Assembly (NCBI RefSeq): GCF_001194135.2
Contig: NC_068997.1
Location: forward strand, 43,374,341-43,438,340
Length of the DNA stretch: 64,000 bases
Origin: Octopus bimaculoides
Taxonomy: Eukaryota
Reading direction: 5' to 3'
How positions within the stretch are numbered: position 1 is the stretch's first letter; each line of letters opens with the position of its first letter. The notes below the pieces were generated by a model that searched no databases, had not been told where the DNA came from, and was given only the letters and a program-made list of their open reading frames with translations. Shown piece by piece: positions 1 to 14,193 of the stretch. A program made the translations under genes and the position numbers.

Positions 1-514
1 GCATATATATATATGCATATATATGTATGTATATGTATTTGTGTGTTTTTGTGTTTATCTCTCCACCATTGCTTGACAATCGATGTTAGTGTGTTTATGT
101 CCCCGTATCTTAGTGGTTCGACAAAAGAGACTGATAGAATAAGTACTAGGCTTATAAAGAATAAGTTCTGGGGTTGATTTGTTCGACTAAAGGCAGTGCT
201 CCAGCATGGCCGTAGTCAAATGACTGAAACAAGTAAATGAATTAAAGAATAAAAATTATATATATATATATATATGTTTTCTTTAATGTCCAGTTATATA
301 TAAATAATTTGACATCGAACTGAAGGAGTGCTCTGTACGTTTTTAGTAGAGTACTTATTAATTGTTACAAGCAAAAGGTTGACAGTAACTTTGGAGTTTT
401 GGTTTGCTCCCCATCATCTGACAGTCTGATATAGTTAGATAGAGGTAGATACATATCATAATGTGCATCAGTATGACTGCAGAAGGCTGAAGCCTGTCCA
501 AGAATACAATGTAT

Positions 515-725
515 ATTTTGTTGTTGAGCCCAATGTCAACCTTGATTGATCAAACCTATGATAAGAGAGGCATTCTGGCCATGACCATCTTGTCTTATAT
601 TTTCAGAGAAAATTTATCCAGGACTACATTATCCAATGTCTTTACTTTCATAAGATGGCACAGCGGGATTTGAGGACACTTTTGCTGCTATTTCTAGTAG
701 GTTAAACGACCACATTAAGGCTCCT
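515..725 (+). repeat. Old dispersed repeat, family G. Fragments also near 1590-1700, 4085-4250, 27130-27240, 37190-37270, 38940-39110, 46770-46830, 52330-52420
   Basis: Recurrent GACTACATTATCCAATGT...GATTTGAGGGAGATTT.GCTGCTATTTCTAG motifs. Confidence 0.55.
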
Positions 726-1949
726 ATTGTGTGTCTGTGTACGTGTGTAGTGTTTTGTTGTTGTTTTTCTTCTTAGTGCATATAAAAATATTAGATGTGA
801 AAGTTTATTCTAGTCATTTACACACTATAGACACCTCTATAAGCATTCTACTTTTTATTTATTTTGCTTTTCTCACTATTGGTTCTTGTTTTCACTCAAG
901 TGACCAAGTATTTTTAAAGCACTTCAGGAGTTCTTCACCAAAATCCAATCTTTACTGGTGACACATTATGTAGCACCCTCAACATTATCTCTTACACATC
1001 TCTTAGACTCTCAAGTGTGTTTTGGTCAACGACTTGCCTGTAATTCTCTTCTACGCAAATTTCTTCTTATCCTTATGTTTGTATATTTATCAAGGGTGCT
1101 TATTTAACACACTGTCATTCACTCTTTTTATTTTTTTTTCATTTATTTCATTGCATTTTCTCAGGCCATTTCTGGGGTCACAGGTTTTCCCATGAACTTC
1201 TTTACATATAAGCTTAATCTATATTGAAGTCTCTAACAAAGTTTGTGCTGTTGCAAGCAGGAGTCCAGTTTCAGGATTACAAAATATTTTGACAGCTTGC
1301 TTTCATCTATGCCTTGCAGAGTGTTGCAGTTTGCCAAAAGGTATAATTTACAACTGGCATTTAAACTGGCCATATCCAGCCCAAATGTTTTACCTTTTTA
1401 TGTTCAGACTAGCCAGATCTGGTTTCTCATTCCTTACCCTAAAGGGTTAATAAGGAAGAAAAACAGAAAAACATCAGTCTTCTGTAGAATTCTTCCTCCT
1501 TTACACCAACATTTGTGAGCATTGGTCCAACTTGGATTTCACTCATTGTGTCCTGCTAACACACCACTAGGAAAACCTCTATACTAGCTTGTGAGACAGA
1601 CTCAATATGAACCAGCAATAGGGTGGTTACATGTTTAATCAGTCTACTAGAAGTAACAGCAAAATCCCCCTCAAATTAAAACCTTCCTATCTTAAAGATA
1701 CTTCATGTATAATGTAATCCCTAGGTGTCACTAAAATTATATGATGTTCATGGATGGAATGCCTTTTGATTGTAGACTTGCTCAAATCAAAGTTGACCTC
1801 AAGCTAAGCAATAATTCAAGCTGCCAATCTTATTCCCCTGTGAAGCCCAAATCAGTCTTCCTCTATTTCTATCAACCTATACCCAAGCAACACTTTATTG
1901 TTCAACTTCACTTGAAAAAGGTTTCTATGCATATATGTATATAAACTAC

Positions 1950-2470
1950 TCTCTCTACACCATTTACTTTTCCATTCTCATATCATCGACAAAGACTCCC
2001 ATCTACTCTGACTCAAATCTCTCTTCCCCTCTTCACCTACTGACTCTACCACTTTGTGAACACTTCTCAAGTTGTTAGGCTATCTCTCTCATTTTTGATC
2101 AAGGACAGCTGTTTTACTTCACGTAACCTTTGAAGTCATCATCTTTAGCGACTGTTTGATCCATGAGAATGTTTGACTTCTGCAGAATCAAGACAATTCA
2201 CATCTTCCTACCACACACAGAGATCATTAAGTACTTCATGTCTGTTATTGATTCTGTTTCCTACCAGTATTTATGCCAATTATCCTTGACACTGAAAGTG
2301 TTTCAGCTTTAATCCATCCTAAGACAGCCAAGCGGGTGACCAGAACAATTCTGGACATATACCTTCACATTCCTCACACAACCAAATGCTATAACCCTGA
2401 AACCATCAGGTTGTGTTGCAGTAATACAAACAAACACTGCTTACAGCCCCTTCTCACTAAAATATTTGCA
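1950..2470 (+). mobile_element. Possible very old LINE endonuclease relic
   Basis: C-rich, coding-like composition. RVTRTILDIYLHIP weakly resembles the PT..LDL..T motif of APE endonucleases. Confidence 0.3.
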
Positions 2471-3733
2471 AGATAATCTGAAAAGCAAAAAAAAAAAAAA
2501 ACGTGTATTACACAACCTGCAAGTTCTCCCAATTCTCAAATTGTTATAAAAATCTTCTGTTCCTTTTTGCCAACATTCTAGGCTCCTGGGTGCTTTCATA
2601 CAGCTTCCATCTGTCATTTCTCTTCACAAGGCATTGATTGGCTTGAGACAATAGTAAAAGACCCTTGCTTAAAATGCTACACAGTGGGACTGAAACTAAG
2701 AGTTTCTTAACCACCCAGCCATACCTGTGACTTGAGCCATGTCTGCACTTTTGTAATTCATCTCTGAAGATGAGGTTAATAGTCTAAAATTATTCATATT
2801 GACTCATCTCAGATATTAGATAATGGCTTCATATTTTGGCACCAGGCTGGCAGTTCTACTGGGATGGGGTTAGTTAATTACATCAACCCAGTACTAGGCT
2901 GGTTAGTTTATTGATTCCAAAAGAATGAAAGCCAAAGTTGGCCTTACTGGGATTTAAACTGGAAGCTGGAAGAAATGATCTGGCATGTTAACATTTCTGC
3001 TAGCTCACCATCTTAATAATAATGGCTTCAGATTTTGGCATAAGGCCAGCAATTTTAAGTGAGTAAGTCAATTACATCACCCCCAGTACATGACTACTAC
3101 TTATTTTATCAATCCCAGGAGTATGAAAGGCAAAAATCAACCTCAGCAGAATTTGAACTTAGAACATAAAGATAGATGAAATGCTGCTAAGTATTTTCTC
3201 CAGCATGCTAACAATTCTGCCAGCTAAAATAGGCTTATTTAGTCAAAACCATAAGGTTGAACATCACAGATGGATTTCAACATCTTCCAAGTTGTGTTTC
3301 AGTTTGTGCACTATAAACAAAATTTGAGTAGAAATTAACTTTAAAATTATTTACTTTTCTCTACACGGTGACTTTGAGAGATTAAGGCATTGGACTACTG
3401 TTCAAATGTAGTGTGTTCATTCAAATTTTACTATGACATCCATTGCATTCATCTCCCTGGAGGAAACAATATGTAACACAGTTTATCTTATTGTGACTGA
3501 CATGTGTTACTCCTCCTACATGGTTTGATGATTAGCTGTAAAACTGGAAGAACTTCTAATTATTGGGAAAAAAAAAAAATTTTTTCCAAAATATAAAATT
3601 TCCCACATGAGTTAAACAGTAAAATAAAAAAGAGAAAAATTCTATATTTCATAAATTGGAAATAGAAAAGTTATAGCTATTTATCAGGGAACTTAAATAA
3701 CTAGGATGTCTGTCACAGAATTTTAATAACATA

Positions 3734-4066
3734 GGTGCAGGCATGGCTGTGTGTTTAAGAATCTTGCTTTACGACCATGTAGTTTTAGGTTCAGTCCTTC
3801 TGCACAGTACTTTGGGCAAGTGCTTTCTTATAGCTTTAGGTTAACCAGTGTGTAGAAGCCTATTATGTGTGTGTGTGTGTGTGTGTGTGTTCTCCCCAGT
3901 ATAGCTTGACAACCAGTGTTGATTTGCTTATGTCCCTGTAGACTGATAGAATAAATGTCAGACTTAAAAAAAAATTACTGGGGTCAATTTTTTTCAACAA
4001 AAAACTTCTCAAGGTGCTGCTCCACCATAGCTGCAGTCCAGTGACTGAAACAGACAAAAGATAAGA
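3734..4066 (+). mobile_element. SINE family A. Further copies at ~50-250(+), 2590-2728(-), 4587-4958(+), 7638-8290(+), 8310-8525(+), 17871-18030(+), 19497-19910(-), 25295-25600(-), 28490-28630(-), 29095-29435(+), 60785-61220(-), 61635-61795(-)
   Basis: Recurrent head and 3'-half motifs recognised by eye. Confidence 0.75.
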
Positions 4067-6802
4067 TATAATTTTTCTCTCAATCTTATTTAGCCCCAGG
4101 TCAGCCCTGATCAAATATGATCTATGATCAAAAAAATTCTAGCCATGACCATAGAACTACATTATCCAATGTGGATTTTTTGTTTTTGGGTTGTTTTTTT
4201 TTTACATGATAGGGTGTAGTTTGAATAAGATTTGGTTGTTATTTCTGGCAGATCAAGCCACTACAAGGTCCTTGTCTTCTGCAGTCACTATGAACACATA
4301 TAAGGAAATGCTTGTAAGATAAAACTGAAAGGTGGGGTAAACACTGCAATGTGATGTTCTTGACTGTGTAGCAGTGAAAACGTATTCATTTAAGTATAAC
4401 AGTTGAGATGAAACAAGAACCTTGTAGCTACAATGCAGCTGTAAAAAAAACAGCTGCTGCAGGATGTTATGAAAGTCAAAAAGAATCCAGCAAAGAATAA
4501 GCAAGCTATTGTTACAGCAGTCTTGCATTCGAAGAACTTTTGCAAGAACCATGTATTTTATTGATAGCTATTTGATTCACTATTTGATGTGGCTGTGTGG
4601 TTAAGAAGCTCACTTTGCAACCAGATGGTTTCCAGTTCAGTCCCACTGCATAGCATCTCAGGCAAGTGTCTTCTACTATAGCCCTGGGCTGACCAATGCC
4701 TTATAAAGGAATTCGGTTGATGGAAACTGTGTGGAAGCCCATTGTGTGTGTACAGATGTATATGTGTGTGTGGGTCCACCACTTGATAACTGGTGTTTGT
4801 TTGTTTGTGTCCCTGTATCTAGCAGTTTCATAAATGAGACATAGATTAATACCAGACTTAAAAATACATACTGAGGTTAATTTGTTCAACTAAACTCTTC
4901 AAAGTGGTGCTCCAGCATGGCTGCAGTCCAATGACTGGAACAAGTGAAAGATAAAGGACAGTTATTTCTTTACACTGTTACTGGTTTTAGTCCCTGGACA
5001 GTGGCCATGCTGGAACACCACTTTTATAGTCCTCTATTTATTTTATGGATTGGTACTTATTCTGTTGGCTTTGGGAGGAAGAAAATCAACATAGACCTGT
5101 GTGTGTTCTGAACTCATAGCATAATGGGATGGAACTTGATATCTCAAGGTATTTTTATTGAATGCTATAATTTGTTAAAGTAATGTTTGTTTGCAGCTGT
5201 TTTTGAACCCATTTTTTTTTTTAAATTCTAAAATATCTTTGAATTGCATCATCCAGAATCAGAGGGTTTATCTAATTCTCTGATTGAATATAGCTTAATT
5301 TTATTTTTTTTTAAGTTCAGTTATCTTGCTTTATCATCACCATCAAAACCCTTACTACCATTGTCACAACCATCTCCATCACCAACATTTCTATCATCAT
5401 CAACACCGTCATCATTTGTGTACTAAATAAGGTTGTCAAGCTTCCTCTTTTTTTTTTNNNNNNNNNNNNNNNNNNNNNNNNNNNNNNNNNNNNNNNNNNA
5501 AAAAAAAAAAAAAAAAAAAGTAAACAAATGATAAAATCGATACCAGATTTTCTTTATTCTTTTAAGGTTTTTATAATTTCTTTAAATCATAATCATCAAA
5601 ATAAAATGGTAAAGGAAAAACACTTCAGAAATATTTTCTTTCAGTCTGCAACAAACAAACAAAAAAGAAGAATCATTTTTTCTAAATGCGTTATTATTAT
5701 TTGCATAATATTTTGTTTCAATTTAAAAAAAAAAAGAACATGTTGGTTATATTCTAAATTCAATAGGATTGAATTGAAAACTGGCAATGAATAATACTTA
5801 GAAAGGAGTCTTTGAGTACTTGAGTTCAAGCAAGAAGACACCAAAAGATTCTTTTCCTTTCCTTTAACTTTCTTTCTCTCCTCTCTCTTTCTCTCATTTC
5901 TTCTTTCTCTTTCTCACTTCTAACCAATATATTTCTATTAGTTTTTTCTGCCATTATATTGACATTTATTTCTTTCCCCTACATAACAGTGAAGAAGTCA
6001 GGAAGTGGTAGCTGTAGTAGTAGTAGGTGGTGGTGAAGGTGGTGTCAGCGGTGCTATTTATTTGTTAATAGCAATTTTTTTTTCCCCATTTCTCTTGTAT
6101 GAAGTATTCATACTGAATGATGTCATTCTACAAATGACAGCAGAAGAACACGTCCAACACAGCATACTGCTAGTGTAGGACCATTTGTGGAAACCCCACC
6201 TAGTTATTCATGCCTCCTCTCTCTCTCTCTCACTCTCTCTCTAATTACTGGCAATGCTCTTTGGTGAGCTATTTTAGTTAGGAAAGTATAACTGTTAGTA
6301 CTTAACACTTTAATTAATTAATTACTTACACCATCCATCACTCTATTCCTCGTTCGTTTGTTCTGTTAAATACTCCTGCACATTTTTGCATTCCTAGTTA
6401 AATTAACTGATGGAGAAAAAATAATCAGATGAGATGGTCACAACTGGAATATTTTTGATAATAGTCTACTGGTTCAAGGCTGATCTAGTGAGATTAAGCA
6501 GCAATTAAGTATCCCTCAAATAATACTTTACTGTTTTAAAAAAGGGACGTTACAGTAGATAATGTGGCCCTTGGATTTTTTCCTTTTTCATTACTTAATG
6601 AGAAGAGTTAAAAGCATGTCACCTGGTAGTTGGAGTGTTACTCTCATGATCCCAAGGAAAATGATAAAACAAACAAATGGTAAAATAGACAATGCCATGA
6701 TATGATTAACAATACCCTTCTCTTTTCTGGCATTGACTCTATTTTACAAATCAGTATGTAATGTCACTAAAATGTTTTGTTTTTTTCTCTTTTATTTTTC
6801 AG

Positions 6803-6970
6803 TTGGTAGCATTCATTTTGATTGGTGTAGCAGCTTATGGAAGAGCATCTGCTGTGGTTACCAGCTTGACGTTGGTTGGTAGTATCATAGCATGTGGTGT
6901 TTTCCTGTTTCTCATTGCAATCATTGGTTTTATCGGAGCTTTACGGCATCACCAAGTCCTGCTTTTTTTT
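6803..6970 (+). CDS. TSPAN13/31: Tetraspanin TSPAN13/31-like, coding exon 2 (end of TM1, EC1, TM2, inner loop)
   Basis: Acceptor tttatttttcAG at 6801-6802. 168 nt / 56 codons: LVAFILIGVAAYGRASAVVTSLTLVGSIIACGVFLFLIAIIGFIGALRHHQVLLFF. HHQVLLFF is the TSPAN13/31 signature as I recall it. Ends at donor GTATCCTTT. Confidence 0.95.
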
Positions 6971-6979
6971 GTATCCTTT
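6971..6979 (+). promoter_or_regulatory. U12-type 5' splice site
   Basis: GTATCCTTT immediately after exon 2; matches the U11-binding consensus RTATCCTTT. Confidence 0.9.
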
Positions 6980-7045
6980 CACTTAGCATGTCACACATGC
7001 ACAAACATACAAAGCATGTTTTTTTTTTCTTTTTAAATACTTTAA

Positions 7046-7218
7046 CCCTTTAGCATTTAAACCAGCCAGATCAGGCCCCTCACACCTTTCCTACAATATC
7101 AGTCAAAAAATAACCAATCACATTATTGTAATATTCAAGCTGCAAAATAATATATGATTAATTAAAAATATGAATGAATAAACATTACAACTGACTGAGT
7201 AATTTGAATGCTAACGGG
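7046..7218. mobile_element. piggyBac-like MITE (family E). Other copies at ~1350-1446, 27290-27460, 48695-48914, 60221-60365
   Basis: TTAA|CCCTTTAGCATT ... AATGCTAACGGG|TTGA; same internal sequence. Confidence 0.75.
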
Positions 7219-8041
7219 TTGAAATTTCTTTTTCAGAAGTTAAAAATGGGAATTCATGGTTCCGAATCTATTTTGGCTGTACCCTAAATGACCTGAATGA
7301 TATTGAAACTTACTTTATCCATCTAGTTATTCCAATTATTAGATATATTTTAGAACTTTTCCACAATACTAGCATGATAGGAACAGTTTTGACAAATTTT
7401 CTTTTTTGTATATTTTGGATCAAATAATTTTGCAGCCAGACTAATTTCTTACAGTTAACAGTAAAATATGAGTGATACTGGATGCTCAACTAGATAGACT
7501 GAGGCATGTTAAGTTATCTATTTCACACTCAAAAGCACAGTATGGTGCCTTTACTAAAGATCTGAACTTATTTGGTTAGTAATCCTGCACATTCAGAGCA
7601 ATTGCACTTTTTATTTTCCATATCAGTATCTGTTATTAAGGTGCAGGCATGGTTGTGTGGTAAGAAGCTTGCTTCCCAACCACATGGTTCTGAGTTCAGT
7701 CCCACTGCGTGGCACCCTGGGAAAGTGTCTTCTACTATATTCCCGGGTTAGCCAAAGCCTTATGAGTGGATTTAGCAAACAGNNNNNNNNNNNNNNNNNN
7801 NNNNNNNNNNNNNNNNNNNNNNNNNNNNNNNNNNNNNNNNNNNNNNNNNNNNNNNNNNNNNNNNNNNNNNNNNNNNNNNNNNNNNNNNNNNNNNNNNNNN
7901 NNNNNNNNNNNNNNNNNNNNNNNNNNNNNNNNNNNNNNNNNNNNNNNNNNNNNNNNNNNNNNNNNNNNNNNNNNNNNCTTCTACTATAGCCTCAGACCTT
8001 GTGAATGGATTTGGTAGACAGAAACTAAAAGAAGCTTGTCG

Positions 8042-8080
<39 letters not shown>

Positions 8081-8647
8081 GTTTGTGTGTCTGTGTTTGT
8101 CCCCCCAACATCACTTGACAGCTGATGTTGGTGTGTTTACGTCCCCGTAACTTAGCAGCTTGGCAAAAGAAACTAATAGAATAAGTACTACGCTTACAAA
8201 GAATAAGTCCTGGAGTTGATTTATTTGACTAAAAGTGGTGCTCCAGCATGGCTGCAGTCAAATGACTGAAACAAGTAAAAAGAATTAAAAAAAAAGAATA
8301 TATATCTTTGTGTGTGTGTTTGTGTCTGAGCCCCACTACTGCTTGACAACTAGTGTTAGTGTGTTTACAAACTCATTACTTAGCAGTTCAGCATGAGGGT
8401 CCAATAGAATAAGTACCAGGCTTAACAAAATCAAGTACTGAGGTCAATTCATTTGACTAAAAATTCTTCAAGGTGGTGCTCTAGCATGGCCGCAGTCTAA
8501 TGACTGAAACAAGTAAAAGATAAAAAATAAATGGTAATCATTTAATGAGTGGTGATAGTGGAGTGTCAGATACAGTAAAATATCAGACTAATATATTGTA
8601 GTATTTAGATCAGTAATAGTGTGTGTATCGAAGAGTTAGTATTAGAA

Positions 8648-9020
8648 TCATCATCATCATTATTTAACATCCATTTTCCATACTGGCATAGGTTGAATGG
8701 TTTGACAGGAGCTGGTCAGCTGGAGAGCCGCCTGGGCTCCATATCAGTGTTGATATGGTTTCTACAGGTGGATGCCCTTCCAAACACCAACCACTTTACA
8801 GAGTGTACTTGGTGTTTTTATGCAGCACTGGCATGGGTGCTTTCACGTGTCATCAGCATGGGTACTTTTTATGTGGCACCAGCACCCATAAGCCTGCAAG
8901 ATTAGGAACACTCAGCTGAAGAGGAATGCAGGGGACATGCTGTATGCGAGGACAACCATTCTTTTACTTAGCTTGACGTGTTTTCTCAAGCACAGCAAAC
9001 CACCATAGGTCTCGGTCCCC
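8648..9020 (-). mobile_element. RTE LINE 3' fragment (family B1)
   Basis: Reverse complement encodes DRDLWWFAVLEKTRQAK* plus the shared 3' UTR (GGATGCCCTTCC..ACCAACCAC on +) and a (CAT)n end. Confidence 0.75.
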
Positions 9021-9164
9021 TACAGTGTTTAGCATGATGATGTACTGCTGCTGTTACTATTAGCATCAAAAATAGTTGAATATCAGACTACAGTATTTAA
9101 AATACTGTTATGGTCAACTTAACCGTTTTCCTTACAGAGTCAATAAAACAGATACAAGTGCATA

Positions 9165-9418
9165 TGTGTGTGTATCCTTGCTTTGATATTATGTGATAGT
9201 TGTAAAATGATTGTAACTCTCAAACAAACAGTGTCATTTATTTCCAATATCCTGCAAGAACATGTCAGGCTATGGGGGAATATTACCTTGTGAGGTAACA
9301 CCAGATGAGGGCTGGTGACAGGTAGGACATACAGCCGTAGAAAATCTGCCTCAATAAACTCCGTCCAGCCTGTGCAAGCATGGAAAAGTGGACATTAAAA
9401 GGATGATGATGATCATCA
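9165..9418 (+). mobile_element. Second (GAT)n-tailed repeat family (B2). Copies also at ~18478-18725(+), 28000-28245(-), 41330-41545(-), 61330-61600(-)
   Basis: Shared ttccaat.ttct...aacatgtc..gc.atgggg.aatattacctt...gcaagcatggaaaagtggac.ttaaa.gatgatgat. Confidence 0.65.
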
Positions 9419-9849
9419 TTATATATTCATGTGTGTGCATGCATGTGTAGAAACATAGCAAAAATAACACAAAAGTAAATTCCAAATAAGTTTATTTGAA
9501 AATAAAATCATTTTATTAGTGTGTGAGGAAGATTTATTAAGATTTAATGTCTTACTGAATGTGTTTAATGTTTCTTTCCTTGTACCCCTACCTTCACCCA
9601 TTTGTTGGTCTAAGGAGAATAGGAAGTAGTTACGACCTTCTGAGAACCTTTTTCCTAATCTGAAGGACCAGGATATTTGTGTGGCGGTAAGGTTAATGTT
9701 TCACTGATGTTACTACAAGTTTATAAATAATAGGGAAGAGATGTAGTTTCAGAGAGATGTACTTGGGGGATGAACAGTAATATAAAGCAAAGTATTTAAT
9801 ATAGAGAATGAATTATATAGGATTTATAGTAGAGATAAAGTATGTAAGG

Positions 9850-10060
9850 TGTTATAGAATTAATTTAGAGTGCAATATATATTTAATACAGGGTATTCTA
9901 TATAGATTTAGTATAGTCTGCATGTTATAGAATTAATTTAGAATGCATAACATATTTGGTATAGAGTATTTCATATAGATTTAGTACAGGGTGCATGTTG
10001 TAGAATTATTATAGAATACATAACATATATTTAGTATAGTATGTGTATAGTATAGATTAA
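9850..10060 (+). repeat. Degenerate ~72-bp tandem repeat, about 3 units
   Basis: TGTT.TAGAATTA.T.TAGA.T.CA...ATATTT..TA.AG.GTATT..ATATAGATTTAGTA.AG..TGCA recurs. Confidence 0.7.
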
Positions 10061-10149
10061 ATATAAGGTTTCTCATCATCATTGAGTCATGTTTGGATTC
10101 ACAGGCACCTGATCCTTTTCTCATCTCTGTCTTGCATGACATGTGACAG

Positions 10150-10181
<32 letters not shown>

Positions 10182-13100
10182 GAGATATCCAATGTCACCT
10201 GTTAACCAATCATTTTATGTTTTCAGAGTGACCGTTGAGATTTCAAAATATAGAATTTATTGTAATTATTTAATTATAGGATGTGTGGTATGGATTATAT
10301 ATAATGTACAGTGTAGATGAAGTATAGGTTAGATGTTATATGATTTAGTGCAAGTTGAGAAACTGGAGGTGTAATGAAGGGAAGGAAGTAATAAACGGCA
10401 GATTTTTGACTCAGTGATTAGTACAGGGTGTGGAATAGAAAGGAATTAAGTTTAGTAAAAGTGTATTGTGTGGATTTAGTTCAGAATGGTGTAAGTGTAT
10501 TGACAGTAATGTAAGAGGCTGTGAGTGAAAGAGAGCAACATGTGGTTATGCAGTGGCCTGGTAGAGGTTTGACATTATTGTTGAGCTAGTAGTTATAGAG
10601 TTATAATTTAACAGTAGAAACCTTATTGCCATTTATTGCTCTCTGTTTTAGTATAAATATCTCAGCTGTCTTAACAGGAGACTGTTATATGATATTCTCA
10701 AGGAAAGGCTTTCATCTATAACCATCTTAGATTTCCTGGGCCATTAAAAGAAGTAATGTAATCAGCTAAATCAGTAATGTGCCAAGGTCAGACAAGATTG
10801 ATTTTGCAAAATAAATTCACTTCTTAGACAATGCCATTTGTGTATGTATATAATGCCATCTAAAACAGTCTCTGTGCTTTATGTGTGAACGGTTTGAACA
10901 ATTAGGTTTCAGTTTCTTGAATTTGTTTCAAAAGAAAACAAGCAAGAGTTAATATAATTTTAGGTCTGTGAAACAACAGAGGGTAAATTTTTGCTTACTC
11001 AAACCCACTATCTGATTTCAGTTTATAGTTGAAACCTCTTCACTTGCACTTGTCTCTCTGGGAAAAGTTTCAACATTACAACACCCCCATTCATTCCTCT
11101 CTATTTAAAAAAAAAATTCTGAATAGTGGCACTCCCAAGTTAGAAGCAATCCTTGAATTCTATGTTCTTATCTCGAAGCAGCAAAGCCCAATCATGGGTC
11201 ACCTAGCTATACATCTAGCTGCCCAGTTATGTCTTACAAGAACAATCAGAGGAATTATATATAGTTGTTCGTCCTGTTCAAAGCAGCATGATATCTCTCA
11301 AACTTTCAGCTATATATATTTCTTTTCTTTTTTTCACAATCCTAACTCTTAGCACAACCCATCCACTTTAAAGACAGAAATAACTAAAGATGCCAATTGA
11401 AAGTTAAGATCAGCTACTACAAGCCACAGATCTGCTCAAACAAAGCTGGCAAGGGCTTTGGTAATCAATAGAATTATGGTAAATTGATATTATGTTACCA
11501 TTAATAGAAATAGCAAATTGATTAGCAATGTATTGCAATCCAACTACAATACATGAAAAATCAAAACAAATAATGCTTTAGAATTTATTATATATAATGC
11601 TCTTCATTCTTCCAGAGTCAATATAATAAAGTGCCAGTCAGGTAGCGGGGTTGGTATAACTGACCATTTCCGATTTCAGATCTTGTGTCTATGTCAAAAA
11701 CAGTTATAATAGTCTTTTACTGATTTCAGTTATTGGACTATGAGCAAACTGAATCATCACCTTCAAAATTTTCTTGTCTCTTCTATTGATCCCAGTACTT
11801 GCTTTGGTCTACTACTTATTTTATCACCTTCTGTTTAACAAATCGTTAAGTTACGTATTGATATAAAAAGATGCAACACGATTTGATACTTTTTTTTATA
11901 CTGATGACTATAAACATGTGTGTGTGTCTGTGTGTGTGCAACTTCGGCTGTAAACCTCTTTTGTTTTTAACTGTGACATGCTGCAGTTAACCCACTATGT
12001 ATTGCTAATGAAAGTGGCAATTTTATTAGCAAAAAAAGTTTGTGGTACTTATTCTTCAGGTGAGTCTTTAATTAATTGCATTTTCTATATATGAATGAAT
12101 CTTTTAATTAATAAATTAATTTCTCATGGCAATACTAAAGTCTACTTAAGATATAAAAAGAGCTTTAAAACTGTACGGATGTATTTCATATGTTTTTGTT
12201 TCAGTAAAAATAGGATGGTGAATTTTTTTTCCTCTTGTACATTTGAATCTTTGCATATTACTTAGAGCAGTTCTTATTGATTTTTCTTACTTTCTATTTT
12301 TTTTCTTTCTTTCTTTTTTTTTTCTGGTAGCTATATTTCATTTTATTGTTAGCTACTCTTCTTCAAAATAAGACTGGAAACTTGTCTGTCAGGTAGATTG
12401 AGGCAATAAACTTCTTTATGTTCCTCATCAAAGAATATAGCCAAATGGATTGATAAAATTTGAGCACCATAACCATGCAGTTCAGTCATCTGGCAACAGA
12501 TTCCCAGTCATTCTGTGTTCAATTTATACTGTAACAATTTCTTATCGTTGAAAGTATAAATAAAAAAATGTATTTTTCTGCCACCATCACTTATTGTTTG
12601 TGTGATATAAGGGAAATTTACCATCAACATTTCTAGTAAATACACACCCAAAGAAGACTGCATTTTTTGCCTCAGCCAACAAGGGTGCTTTTATATGTCT
12701 GCTCAAGCTGCTCCAAATCTATATACAACTAAAACTCTCTGCTTGCTCGCTTGTCTGCCATTTAAAACAGCTAAACTGGCACATAATGAGAAAATATTAT
12801 GAATTAAGGTACCCCTGAAATGTGAATACAAACAGAATAAAACGAGTTTTGCTTAAATCGAATCAGGGATTCCTGAGATATGGCAGGGTTTTGGGGTATT
12901 CATAAATACCCAAAATGATGCACAATGGGAAAATACTCTGAAAATAACATAATCCTGAAAAGGAAACCTTTCGATTAGAGACATGATCAATGTCTTCTCC
13001 ATTTTGAAGACAAACTTCACAACCTGGGCAAAAGTCTTAGTGACATTAACTTGCCAACAAAAAAATATGAGTTGTTTTTACAGAAAATGTTTCTATTTTT

Positions 13101-14058
13101 GCTTTTGTTAAACACAATATTTTAATCATTTAGAAATATTTTGAAGTAAAAGTGATTTCAAAAATACAAGTTATTTGTACAGTATGTACTTATACTTTAG
13201 CTTTCTTTAAACAGACAATATTTAAATTTTTTTAAAAATTATTTTCAAGGGTAAATATTTCATAAAGAACCCATTAGTACCTTGGTGTGAAATATTTTTT
13301 TCCCAGTGCATTCAACGTATCTGACCTCCAAACCCACCATAAGCCACTTTTTTCCAGAAAAGAAAGGGGTGGAGGGATGGTGTGGACCTCAGTTTCCTNN
13401 NNNNNNNNNNNNNNNNNNNNNNNNNNNNNNNNNNNNNNNNNNNNNNNNNNNNNNNNNNNNNNNNNNNNNNNNNNNNNNNNNNNNNNNNNNNNNNNNNNNN
13501 NNNNNNNNNNNNNNNNNNNNNNNNNNNNNNNNNNNNNNNNNNNNNNNNNNNNNNNNNNNNNNNNNNNNNNNNNNNNNNNNNNNNNNNNNNNNNNNNNNNN
13601 NNNNNNNNNNNNNNNNNNNNNNNNNNNNNNNNNNNNNNNNNNNNNNNNNNNNNNNNNNNNNNNNNNNNNNNNNNNNNNNNNNNNNNNNNNNNNNNNNNNN
13701 NNNNNNNNNNNNNNNNNNNNNNNNNNNNNNNNNNNNNNNNNNNNNNNNNNNNNNNNNNNNNNNNNNNNNNNNNNNNNNNNNNNNNNNNNNNNNNNNNNNN
13801 NNNNNNNNNNAAACCCAGCAAAACAAAACTCTGTTGGTGGGAAACTCTTAAGGTCACCACCATCCTCCTCCCCATTTCTTTTTCAGAAAAAATGTGTCTT
13901 GCGGTGGGTTTGGAGATGAGATATGTTGAAATGCACTTGAAAAAACCAGTGGAAAAATTTATTTCACAGCGAAGTATGAACAGGTCCTTTACAAAATAAT
14001 CACCCAAGATCAGAACAGACATGCAAATAGAAGGATCAATGAGACCAATAAAGCCAGG

Positions 14059-14193
14059 GCTGAGTGTCTGGTAGAACAGAGGGAAAGAGGCAGAAACAGG
14101 AGAGATTAGGAATTGGATGCTCAGAGAGCTGAGTGTCTGGTGAAACAGAGGGAAAGGGACAAAAGCAGGAGACATTCATGAATTGGATGCTCA
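14059..14193 (+). repeat. 2 x 69-bp tandem repeat
   Basis: GCTGAGTGTCTGGT..AACAGAGGGAAAG...GAATTGGATGCTCA starts at 14059 and 14128. Confidence 0.8.

Noticed and set aside
1-6802. Search for tetraspanin exon 1 (MxCGGFxCSKN-like)
   Set aside because: No such frame seen. The ATG at 6761 in the ORF track is intronic read-through. Exon 1 is probably upstream of the window.
9172-9179. Second GTATCCTT (U12 donor-like)
   Set aside because: Lies at the edge of a B2 repeat and (TG)n tract with no upstream exon.
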